Below are positions 1 through 7,375 of a stretch of 24,296 nt of DNA, one piece after another. The notes under the pieces were generated by a model. It was given only the letters and a program-made list of their open reading frames with translations. It searched no databases and was not told the origin of the DNA. The translations under genes and the position numbers were made by a program. Origin of the DNA: an uncultured delta proteobacterium (GTDB taxonomy: Bacteria; Desulfobacterota; WTBG01; CAIYCZ01); the NCBI GenBank assembly GCA_963803975.1, contig CAWDOY010000043.1, positions 1 to 24,296 of the forward strand, in the 5' to 3' direction. Position 1 is the first letter of the stretch; the number at the start of each line of letters is the position of its first letter.

Positions 1-62
1 CATCTTATACTTGCAATGGATAAACACAAGTTTAGCGGTTAAGGAAAGTGGACAGAAGCAGG

Positions 63-215
63 GGACAAATACCAACATCTTGTGGTGAGTATTAACCATT
101 GAAAAGTGCAGCTTATGTATCAACAGCGAGAGTAGTTTAGCAGCTTAAATTCATTGATGACTTCTATTTGGAAAGCGTTAGTGGTAGTTCAAAAAAATAA
201 GCAGTCTGCATGAAT
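63..215 (-). repeat. Dispersed non-coding 'module A', copy 1 (downstream of the 699-aa gene)
   Basis: The reverse complement of 80-164 aligns without gaps to 15136-15220 (68/85 identical by hand count), with gapped similarity out to 215/15088. Positions 63-123 also match 2670-2729 as a direct repeat. Confidence 0.85.
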
Positions 216-447
216 ATTGTAACCTTAAGCCACCAAAATATATATATTGATGCAGAAAAGGCAGGGCCATTGCTGAGGCAGCCCGGCTAATCTTTAGCGC
301 CACCCCAGATGGCCACCCAAACTGCCCAGAATTAGGAATTGTGACCCGGCCACATTGGTTCAAAATATTCTTGCTATACTTGGTGATATGAGGTTTTATA
401 ATGCCTTAACGGGCGTTGTCCCCTTTGAAGCTTAATTCATCTGCCCG

Positions 448-2547
448 TCATTTCTTCACTCCAGCACGAAACAGTCCGAGTACCTGCGTCTTAAACGTGA
501 CCAGCCCCTGTGCCGCATCAACGACCGCATTGTCAACCTCGTCCCAGTCTTTGGTAAGATGATTATAAATATACGCTCCCACCGTGCCGGAGCCGACCAT
601 GCTCTTAGCATAGGGAATCGAGATGGTCACATCGCGGTTAAAAAAATTCCGGTACGGGCCAAAATGGACCGCTGGCCCTGCCGGCCGAGCGCTTTTCATG
701 GCCGGCGCGCCGAGCTGCCGACCGATGGTTATAACCGTGTCCTCCCAGAGGCAGTCCATGGTATCATTGGGGTCATTGACCGGTACGGCTGTTGCAAAGG
801 TGAACCCCTCCGGCCTGTCCGGATAGGGGTCAGGGGGAATATCGATACGGGCACCCTTAATCGGGCTGAACTGGCGGGTGACTTCCAGTGTGCCTCCGTC
901 AAGTTTTTTTACCAGCTCGCTTTTCTCAATCTTAATAAAGGTATTTCCCGGATACAGCCCGAAGCGCTCCAGGGTGCCGCGCAGCACCACATAGTAGCTC
1001 GTGGCAAACTCCTGCGTCAGATTGCTGTAGGAGGGTGCTATGGTAATTTCAGCCGCAGAGCCTGCGCTGTTGCAGGACGTCTGGTTTCCCTCAGCGTCCT
1101 CACAATAGGTGATATCAAATTTACCCGCTTCCATGTCCTGTCGCGGCACAAGGGGAAGATTGTTCATCTCGCGCATGTTAACGAGGTTGTCAGAGTTATC
1201 ATAGAGCCAGTGGCACGGAGCAATTATTATTTTATCAATGCCGTCTTCCTTCGCCCATTGCAGGGCCTGGCGGATACTGTAAAAATGCCCGGCAAGATCT
1301 TTCTCGGTTGACATGCCATAGGTAAAAAAGTTGTCTCGCATGAGATCGCTCTTTACCCCGCCCTTGGTAAACACCAGATTGTACCGGTCACCGAAGGCCT
1401 TCTGCATCGCCCGCTTCCACGAGAGGTAGTTCAAAAAGCCGTTTTCATGATAGACCTCCTTTTCCCAGGGATGCTGCGTGCCCATGGTCTTCGCGCTTGT
1501 CTCAACTCCCCAGGGCAGCCCCCTGGTCACATAGACGATGCCGATAGTGCTCCCTTCGGGATACTGTTCGATAAAGGGTTTCATGTTGATGATATTCAGG
1601 GCATTGAATTCAGGGGTTCTGCCGACCTGGCGGGTCTGGTAGATCTCAGTTTCGTTAAGCACGCCGAGCTCGCAGAGCTTCTCCCGCACATAGCCGCCTG
1701 ACATATAGTTATTTGCATAAAAATTATTGTCCGTGGTTTCGCGGGCGACAAGCAGCTTCCTGAAGCCTTCTTTTGCAAAATCCTCGGTTGTGTCAATTTC
1801 ATGCGGTGTATAACCGGAGATTCTTCCATAGGAACCGAAGCGCACGTCAATCCGGCTGCCAAATGAGTCCTCAAGCATCTGTTTCGTGTAGCTGCCGATC
1901 TGCCTGACATAGATGCTCTCAAGATACGCATCAGGCGGCTCTGTCGGGCCGCCGAGAATCCCGAACCTTCTTAAGAAACCGAGCGGGCCCTGCTCATATA
2001 GATCGCCGCTGCCATTAGGGAATGGCACGCTGCTATTGCCTATCTTGTACCATCCGGCAAGATGGTCTTTCCCGTCCCGCGGGTCAGGCGGCCAGCTGAG
2101 CACACCGGTCATCGCGCTTTTTGCTTCCACCACCGGAACTATGGGAACCGTGGGCGGTATCATGTCTGGAGTAAGCGAGGGGAGCTTTGGATCCATTGGT
2201 ACATACACACCGTCAACTAATTTATAGATACCTGAATTATCATATATCAACCCTCCACCCGGCATCTCACAGGTAAGGCCCATGGGCAGGAATCCGAGGT
2301 GGAGCTGGTAGGGAAACTCACCCACATGCCCTTCTTTGCAGGGCTGCCCCGGATACTGTGTCCGGTCGCCGACCCGGCACCATGCGTGACTGTCCCAGGC
2401 ATATTCAAAATTAAAACCCGCGGGAGCACCCCAGCTGGTTATGAGCACGGCGACTCTGTCTTTTACCGCAGCTCCATAGGCAAGGCTTGAGGAGAAGAGA
2501 AAAATAACGGCGAGGATAACTGGCGCATACATTTTTTTTGCTCTCAT
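448..2547 (-). CDS. Secreted protein with a ferrochelatase-like (class II chelatase) fold and C-terminal ZU5-like domain, 699 aa
   Basis: Long ORF with a GGAG RBS and an N-terminal signal peptide (…SLAYG/AA). Colinear chelatase-like motifs: VAVLITSWGAP, GIVYVTRGLP, IIIAPCHWLYDNSDNL. The C-terminus GGTLEV…GARIDIPP…GPAVHFGP…FNRDVTISIPY resembles ZU5. The gene call is secure; the fold call is by eye. Confidence 0.75.
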   Translation of the reverse strand: MRAKKMYAPVILAVIFLFSSSLAYGAAVKDRVAVLITSWGAPAGFNFEYAWDSHAWCRVGDRTQYPGQPCKEGHVGEFPYQLHLGFLPMGLTCEMPGGGLIYDNSGIYKLVDGVYVPMDPKLPSLTPDMIPPTVPIVPVVEAKSAMTGVLSWPPDPRDGKDHLAGWYKIGNSSVPFPNGSGDLYEQGPLGFLRRFGILGGPTEPPDAYLESIYVRQIGSYTKQMLEDSFGSRIDVRFGSYGRISGYTPHEIDTTEDFAKEGFRKLLVARETTDNNFYANNYMSGGYVREKLCELGVLNETEIYQTRQVGRTPEFNALNIINMKPFIEQYPEGSTIGIVYVTRGLPWGVETSAKTMGTQHPWEKEVYHENGFLNYLSWKRAMQKAFGDRYNLVFTKGGVKSDLMRDNFFTYGMSTEKDLAGHFYSIRQALQWAKEDGIDKIIIAPCHWLYDNSDNLVNMREMNNLPLVPRQDMEAGKFDITYCEDAEGNQTSCNSAGSAAEITIAPSYSNLTQEFATSYYVVLRGTLERFGLYPGNTFIKIEKSELVKKLDGGTLEVTRQFSPIKGARIDIPPDPYPDRPEGFTFATAVPVNDPNDTMDCLWEDTVITIGRQLGAPAMKSARPAGPAVHFGPYRNFFNRDVTISIPYAKSMVGSGTVGAYIYNHLTKDWDEVDNAVVDAAQGLVTFKTQVLGLFRAGVKK

Positions 2548-2570
2548 GTGAATACTCCTGTATTGGCTGT

Positions 2571-2680
2571 AAAATTGATATGAACTCGCTTTCGGATGAA
2601 GGAAGTATAGGCCGGTGATGATTGTGTGTCAATAAAAAATCCGTCGCAAAATATGGAGTGGGGTTGCCCGGACAAAAATC
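2571..2680 (-). repeat. 'Module B' promoter region, copy 1
   Basis: The reverse complement aligns without gaps to 13551-13660 (81/110 identical by hand count). Confidence 0.85.
2604..2632 (-). promoter_or_regulatory. sigma70-type promoter of the 699-aa gene
   Basis: Minus-strand TTGACA (2632-2627), 17-bp spacer, TATACT (2609-2604). Confidence 0.8.
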
Positions 2681-2729
2681 AACATCTTGTGGTGGGTATT
2701 ACAGGAAAAAAGTGAAGCTTATGTATCAA
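2670..2729 (-). repeat. 'Module A' partial copy 2, abutting module B
   Basis: GGACAAAAATCAACATCTTGTGGTGGGTATTA…AAAAGTGAAGCTTATGTATCAA matches 63-123. Its reverse complement shares the exact 18-mer CTGTAATACCCACCACAA with 15203-15220. Confidence 0.85.
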
Positions 2730-2772
2730 AGTGTGCAAAAGATTTAAAAAGCAACCCACCTTCCATACACGT

Positions 2773-2794
2773 GTTGACCAAACCGTTGACCAAA
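2773..2794. repeat. Tandem GTTGACCAAA x2 (12-bp period), possible integrase arm-type sites
   Basis: Exact 10-mers at 2773-2782 and 2785-2794, about 150 bp beyond the tRNA-Cys 3' end. The function is inferred. Confidence 0.5.
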
Positions 2795-2895
2795 ACCCTG
2801 CTGAAATAAAAAAGAGGTCACGCCGTATGACGTAGCCTGTTCACTTGCTTCCCCATTTAATTTTCTGTGACGCATAGTGACATTTATCAAGGAAC

Positions 2896-2938
2896 AAAAA
2901 AAGGGATGCCGCTGTGAAGAAAGCGTGCATCCCTTTTT
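2896..2938 (-). terminator. Rho-independent terminator after tRNA-Cys
   Basis: Perfect 12-bp inverted repeat AAAAAGGGATGC / GCATCCCTTTTT, with a U-tract on the minus strand. Confidence 0.75.
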
Positions 2939-2945
2939 AAATTCA

Positions 2946-3021
2946 TGGAGGCGGCGAGCGGATTCGAACCGCTGAATAAAGGTTTTGCAGACCTCCGCCT
3001 TAGCCACTTGGCTACGCCGCC
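2946..3021 (-). tRNA. tRNA-Cys(GCA)
   Basis: GGCGGCGTAGCCAAGTGGCTAAGGCGGAGGTCT-GCA-AAACCTTTATTCAGCGGTTCGAATCCGCTCGCCGCCTCCA folds into a full cloverleaf with U73 and an encoded CCA. Confidence 0.97.
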
Positions 3022-3031
3022 GAAATTAATT

Positions 3032-3106
3032 AACCGCTGAGAACACAAAGCGCGCAGAGAATATGTTTGCTGACAATCTCTGCCGCTTTCTGTGCCCGCT
3101 GTGGTT
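3032..3106. repeat. Imperfect palindrome built of 9-mer (nCGCAGAGn-like) units in the tRNA spacer
   Basis: Left arm AACCGCTGAGAACACAAAGCGCGCAGAGA (3032-3060); right arm TCTCTGCCGCTTTCTGTGCCCGCTGTGGTT (3077-3106). Confidence 0.7.
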
Positions 3107-3121
3107 TTGATTATAAAAAAA

Positions 3122-3196
3122 TGGAGCGGGAAACGGGATTTGAACCCGCGACACCAACCTTGGCAAGGTTGTACTCTACCACTGAGCTATTCCCGC
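3122..3196 (-). tRNA. tRNA-Gly(GCC)
   Basis: GCGGGAATAGCTCAGTGGTAGAGTACAACCTT-GCC-AAGGTTGGTGTCGCGGGTTCAAATCCCGTTTCCCGCTCCA folds into a cloverleaf with an encoded CCA. Confidence 0.97.
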
Positions 3197-3256
3197 TCTG
3201 ATGTATTATACTTATATTACTGCACTTTTTTTGTCAAATGAAAAGTTGCGGCATTA

Positions 3257-3284
3257 AACCGCAGAGAACGCTGAGAGCGCAGAG
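3257..3284. repeat. 9-mer tandem repeat arm CCGCAGAGA-ACGCTGAGA-GCGCAGAG
   Basis: Same unit family as 3032-3060; only one arm is present. Confidence 0.6.
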
Positions 3285-3321
3285 CAACTATATGGTTTAA
3301 CTATCCTTTTAAGTCCCAGCC

Positions 3322-3363
3322 CTTGACTCTTGAACCCTCGAACCCACTGACCCCTCGAACCCT
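3322..3363. repeat. Degenerate ~8-mer tandem repeat (CTCGAACC-like, about 5 units)
   Basis: CTTGACT-CTTGAACC-CTCGAACC-CACTGACCC-CTCGAACC, just past the pgsA stop. Confidence 0.6.
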
Positions 3364-3371
3364 GTCTTTTC

Positions 3372-3995
3372 TTACGCTATGCGAAAAAAGACCTGCCTGA
3401 AGAATTTCCTGAAGTAATCAATGCCCGACCAGACGGTTATAACCAGAGCGACCCAGAGGAGCCCCATGCCCACCTGATGAAAATTAATGAGCAGGTACGG
3501 GGATTCAATAAACAGATGGTATTCGTAGTGCAGGAGGAGGCAGGTGACCGATACAATCTGAAATACGGTCTTGTATTTACCCAGCTTGCTTGCTGCTATC
3601 ACCAGGCCTTCGGTGATGGCAACGACCCGCAACCCGGTCACCAGAATCTCCCTGCCGATAATCACCGCAACCATCCAGGAGGGGACCCGGCCAAGCGGTA
3701 TGAGCATTATCAGCGCAACGGCAACCAGCAGCTTGTCTGCCAGCGGGTCAAGAAATTTCCCCAGAGATGTCTCAAGATTCCAGCGCCGTGCTATATAGCC
3801 GTCAAGAAAATCGGTGAGCGATGCCAGAGCAAACAGCACTGAGGCGAGCAGGCTGAAAACTTTGGTGGGAAAATAGTAGAACAGGATAAAAAACAGGGGG
3901 GTCACCACGATGCGAAACAGCGTGAGCAGGTTGGGAATGGTGAACACACGGCTGCGGTTCTGTTCGGCAGTAATTTTCTGTGCTGCTGCATTCAT
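3372..3995 (-). CDS. pgsA: CDP-diacylglycerol--glycerol-3-phosphate 3-phosphatidyltransferase
   Basis: TIPNLLTLFRI and DFLDGYIARRWNLETSLGKFLDPLADKLL CDP-alcohol phosphatidyltransferase motifs. The ATG at 3995 overlaps the metG stop (ATGA). Confidence 0.95.
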   Translation of the reverse strand: MNAAAQKITAEQNRSRVFTIPNLLTLFRIVVTPLFFILFYYFPTKVFSLLASVLFALASLTDFLDGYIARRWNLETSLGKFLDPLADKLLVAVALIMLIPLGRVPSWMVAVIIGREILVTGLRVVAITEGLVIAASKLGKYKTVFQIVSVTCLLLHYEYHLFIESPYLLINFHQVGMGLLWVALVITVWSGIDYFRKFFRQVFFRIA

Positions 3996-5554
3996 GGTGT
4001 ATTGTTTTGTTCTATGCGCGGAAACAGCGCTGGTATTTTCCGGATTCTGGTCCCGGCCGTTACGGTCATCCACTGGCCGGCAGAGGAAAGCTTCTGCTCT
4101 TCGAGGCGTCCTTCGCCTCCGATGGCTTCCCACATGCTTTCACTTGATGCGGGCATGAACGGCCACAGCAGTACCGACACCAGCCTGAGCGCCTCAAGCA
4201 GGCAGCGCATGACGGTTGCCAGCCGCTCTTTTTTTGCAGCATCCTTTGCCAGCACCCAGGGGGCGGTAGCATCGATATATTTATTGAGTAAAGAGATAAG
4301 CTCCCAGATTGCGGTAAGGGCGCGGTTAAACGCAAGCTGGTTCATGTATTCAGCAACTGCCTTGAGCACGGCAGCCTGTTTGTCTTTGATCTCTTCGTCG
4401 CTCGCTTCAAGGCTGCCGCCCTGCGGCACGTCGCCGTTAAAATATTTATGCACCATGGCAATAACCCTGCTGAAGAGGTTGCCCAGGTCATTTGCCAGGT
4501 CACTGTTGATCCTGCCGACGATTGCCTGCCGGGAAAAATCAGCATCAAGGCCGAAGGGCACTTCCCGCATGAGAAAGTAGCGCAGCTGGTCAACGCCGTA
4601 CTCGTCAGCCAGTGCGTAGGGATCAATGGCGTTGCCCAGAGACTTTGACATCTTTTTACCCTCAATGGTCCAGAAGCCGTGGGCAAAAACCTGCTTTGGC
4701 AGGGGCAGCTCTGCTGCCATGAGCATGGCGGGCCAGTACACGCCATGAAACCTGACAATGTCCTTGCCCACGATGTGCACTTGAGCAGGCCAGAACGCCT
4801 GAAAGCTTTCGCCGCCGCCGCAGTAGTCAAGAGCGGAAATGTAATTGAGCAGCGCGTCAAACCAGACGTAGATGACGTGCTTCGGGTTTCCCGGAACCGG
4901 TATGCCCCAGGAAAAACTGGTGCGGCTGATGCTCAAATCCCGCAGACCTTCCCTGACAAAACTCACGATCTCATTATACCGCGATTCGGGCTGGACAAAT
5001 CCCGGATTTTCTTCGAGATACCTCAAAAGCTGCTGCTGGTATTTTGACATCCGGAAAAAGTAGCTCTCCTCGCGCAGCTTTTCCACCGGCCTGCGGCAGT
5101 CCTGGTTCGGACATTTGCCGTCAACGAGCTGGGTATCGGTCCAGAAGCTTTCACAGGGCACGCAGTACCAGTCCTCGTATTCGCCCCGGTAGATGTCCCC
5201 CTTTTCAACAAGCGTGCGGAAGAACTTCTGCACTGCCTCCTGGTGGCGGGCCTCCGAGGTGCGAATAAAATCGGTGTTAGCGATGTTGAGCCGTACCCAG
5301 AGGTTTTTAAAGCGCTGCATGACGCGGTCTGCAAGCTGCAGCGGCTCCTCTCCTGCCTCCCGGGCCGCCTTCTCCACCTTGATGCCGTGCTCGTCAGTGC
5401 CGGTGAGGAAAAATATCCGGTAGCCGGACAACCGCTGGTAGCGTGCCAGTACATCCGCGGCAACAGTGGTATAGGCATGGCCGATATGCGGCACATCATT
5501 GACGTAATAAATCGGCGTTGTTACATAAAAAGTCTTTTCCATTGTCGCCTTCAC
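3992..5554 (-). CDS. metG: Methionine--tRNA ligase (short form without C-terminal tRNA-binding domain)
   Basis: YVTTPIYYVNDVPHIGH (HIGH motif), KMSKS and a Cys knuckle. An alternative start is the ATG at 5542. Confidence 0.97.
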   Translation of the reverse strand: MKATMEKTFYVTTPIYYVNDVPHIGHAYTTVAADVLARYQRLSGYRIFFLTGTDEHGIKVEKAAREAGEEPLQLADRVMQRFKNLWVRLNIANTDFIRTSEARHQEAVQKFFRTLVEKGDIYRGEYEDWYCVPCESFWTDTQLVDGKCPNQDCRRPVEKLREESYFFRMSKYQQQLLRYLEENPGFVQPESRYNEIVSFVREGLRDLSISRTSFSWGIPVPGNPKHVIYVWFDALLNYISALDYCGGGESFQAFWPAQVHIVGKDIVRFHGVYWPAMLMAAELPLPKQVFAHGFWTIEGKKMSKSLGNAIDPYALADEYGVDQLRYFLMREVPFGLDADFSRQAIVGRINSDLANDLGNLFSRVIAMVHKYFNGDVPQGGSLEASDEEIKDKQAAVLKAVAEYMNQLAFNRALTAIWELISLLNKYIDATAPWVLAKDAAKKERLATVMRCLLEALRLVSVLLWPFMPASSESMWEAIGGEGRLEEQKLSSAGQWMTVTAGTRIRKIPALFPRIEQNNTP

Positions 5555-6402
5555 TTGGATGGCTGGGCAGGGGCAAGCATTTCGGGCTTGAATTCATCTG
5601 CATTCATCTCGACAATGTGGCCATCTTCCATTTCTATCAGAATTTTCTGGGTGATGACATTGACCTGCCTGATTTTCCCGGTTCCCTGGGAGGTGGTGAT
5701 CCTTTTTCCGATTTTGGGCAGGTTCTTTTTCAGCTCTGCATAGGTTTCATATTCGTATGACAGGCAGCACATGAGCCGGCCGCAGACGCCGGATATTTTT
5801 GCCGGGTCCAGAGCCAGACCCTGCTCCTTGGTCATTTTAATGGTAACCGGGCAGAACTGATGCAGAAATGACGTGCAGCACAGCTCGCGGCCGCAGCAGC
5901 CGATCCCTCCCAGTATCTGCGCCTCATTGCGCGCGCCGATCTGGCGCATCTCGATGCGCGTGCGCAGATCAGCTGCCAGCTCTTTGACCAGCGAGCGGAA
6001 ATCAACCCGGTTTTCCGCGGTAAAGAAAAAGATGATTTTGCTCCCGTCAGGCACAATCTCCACATTGATCAGCTTCATGGGCAGGTTATACTCGGCAATC
6101 TTTTTCCGGCAGACCTGGGCATATTCACGCTCTTTCAGAATATTCAGCTCCTCCTGCCGGATATCGATCTGCTCGGCCTTCCTCAGCACCTTGTTGGCAG
6201 CAGGGGACGATGATGCAGCGCAGCAGCGGTGCGCCGGCCGGGGCACCACGACCCCCAGCTGCTGGCCTGATTCTGTTTCCACGATAATCTTGTCACCGAT
6301 ATTCAGGTGCAGCTCGCCGGCGTCGCAGTCAAAAACTCTTCTCTGTTTTCTCAGTTTTATACTTCTCATTGTGTCCATGATTGGTTCCGTATGCTCATTC
6401 AT
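5551..6402 (-). CDS. ricT: PSP1-domain / RicT (YaaT) family protein
   Basis: FFFTAENRVDFRSLVKEL, RIEMRQIGAR, GGIGCCGRELCC, KISGVCGRLMCCL; conserved holB-ricT-metG context. Start is 6402 or a nearby downstream ATG. Confidence 0.9.
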   Translation of the reverse strand: MNEHTEPIMDTMRSIKLRKQRRVFDCDAGELHLNIGDKIIVETESGQQLGVVVPRPAHRCCAASSSPAANKVLRKAEQIDIRQEELNILKEREYAQVCRKKIAEYNLPMKLINVEIVPDGSKIIFFFTAENRVDFRSLVKELAADLRTRIEMRQIGARNEAQILGGIGCCGRELCCTSFLHQFCPVTIKMTKEQGLALDPAKISGVCGRLMCCLSYEYETYAELKKNLPKIGKRITTSQGTGKIRQVNVITQKILIEMEDGHIVEMNADEFKPEMLAPAQPSK

Positions 6403-6406
6403 AGGG

Positions 6407-7375
6407 TTATGCGGTCTGCATGAACATGCTTTCAAGCGCCATGGTGTAGTTAATATTGAAGGCGCCGTGGGCATACATCCACTGCAGCTTTTTCTGTTTT
6501 TGCACGATGCTCTGTCTGGTTTCAGACTTCAGCGCCTCATGCAGCTTATCCAGCACATCCTGGTTGTAAAGCTTTTTTTCCGGGAACCCCTCCAGCAGCA
6601 GCACCAGGTCACGGTACCAGGTCTGCAGGAATTCCAGCACCCGGGGAATCTCCTGCGGGTCCTCGGCAGCAATCTTCGCCAGATGAAACAGGGATTCACT
6701 GGTGCCGGATGCGTGACCGACAACATGCTGCACCAGTTTGTTGCGCTTTGCCAGAAAGTCTGTCTCGCTCAGGAGCAGCGCCCGCTGCAGGCTTCCCTGG
6801 GCAAGGGCCGCAGCGAGCCGGGCTTCTTCCGGCTCTGCCCCCCGTGCCAGAAGAAAATCAATAATAGCCGCATCAGGCAGCGGCGCGAAACGAATTCGCT
6901 GGCAGCGCGACACGATGGTGGGCAAAAGAGTCATGGCAGCATGCGCCACGAGGATAATGACCGTGTCATCGGGGGGCTCTTCCAGGGTTTTGAGCAGGCA
7001 GTTTGCTGCATGCAGGTTCAGCTTTTCTGCCTGATCAATAATGATCACCTTCCGGCGGCCCTCCATGGGCTTGTAAATAATCTTTTTTTGCAGATCCCGC
7101 ACCTGTTCAATCCGGATGACATTTTTGTCCGGTTCTATATAAAAAAAGTCAGGATGCACGCGCTTTTCAATTTTATGACACGAGAGGCAGTCGTCACAGA
7201 AATCTGCTTCCCGCATCCCGCAGTTCAGGGCTTTGGCAAGAGAGACGGCAGTGCTGCATTTGCCGATCCCCTCAATACCTGAAAAAAGATAGGCATGCGC
7301 GATATGGCCGCTTGCGAGGGCGGTTTGCAACTGCCGTACGGGCAGCTGCTGTCCGGAAATAGCATCAAACGGCAT
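6407..7375 (-). CDS. holB: DNA polymerase III subunit delta'
   Basis: HAYLFSGIEGIGK, CxxCxxC zinc motif, HPDF, AANCLLKTLEEPP, LLPTIVSRCQ; lies downstream of tmk. Confidence 0.95.
   Translation of the reverse strand: MPFDAISGQQLPVRQLQTALASGHIAHAYLFSGIEGIGKCSTAVSLAKALNCGMREADFCDDCLSCHKIEKRVHPDFFYIEPDKNVIRIEQVRDLQKKIIYKPMEGRRKVIIIDQAEKLNLHAANCLLKTLEEPPDDTVIILVAHAAMTLLPTIVSRCQRIRFAPLPDAAIIDFLLARGAEPEEARLAAALAQGSLQRALLLSETDFLAKRNKLVQHVVGHASGTSESLFHLAKIAAEDPQEIPRVLEFLQTWYRDLVLLLEGFPEKKLYNQDVLDKLHEALKSETRQSIVQKQKKLQWMYAHGAFNINYTMALESMFMQTA

Noticed and set aside
2654..2673. TGGAGTGGGGTTGCCCGGAC as a duplicated tRNA 3' end (att site)
   Set aside because: Only TGGAG matches tRNA-Cys/Gly and there is no T-loop sequence; it is part of module B.
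2744..3007. 87-aa minus-strand ORF
   Set aside because: It overlaps tRNA-Cys and its terminator.
3205..3237. TTGACA and TATAAT upstream of tRNA-Gly
   Set aside because: The spacing to TATAAT is 21 bp and alternative -10 boxes are poor. A promoter is likely here but cannot be placed.
559..7282. Long antisense ORFs (e.g. 559-1311, 4002-4580, 5873-7282, and similar ones opposite meaB and the atp genes)
   Set aside because: They are shadows of well-supported opposite-strand genes and have no recognisable motifs.
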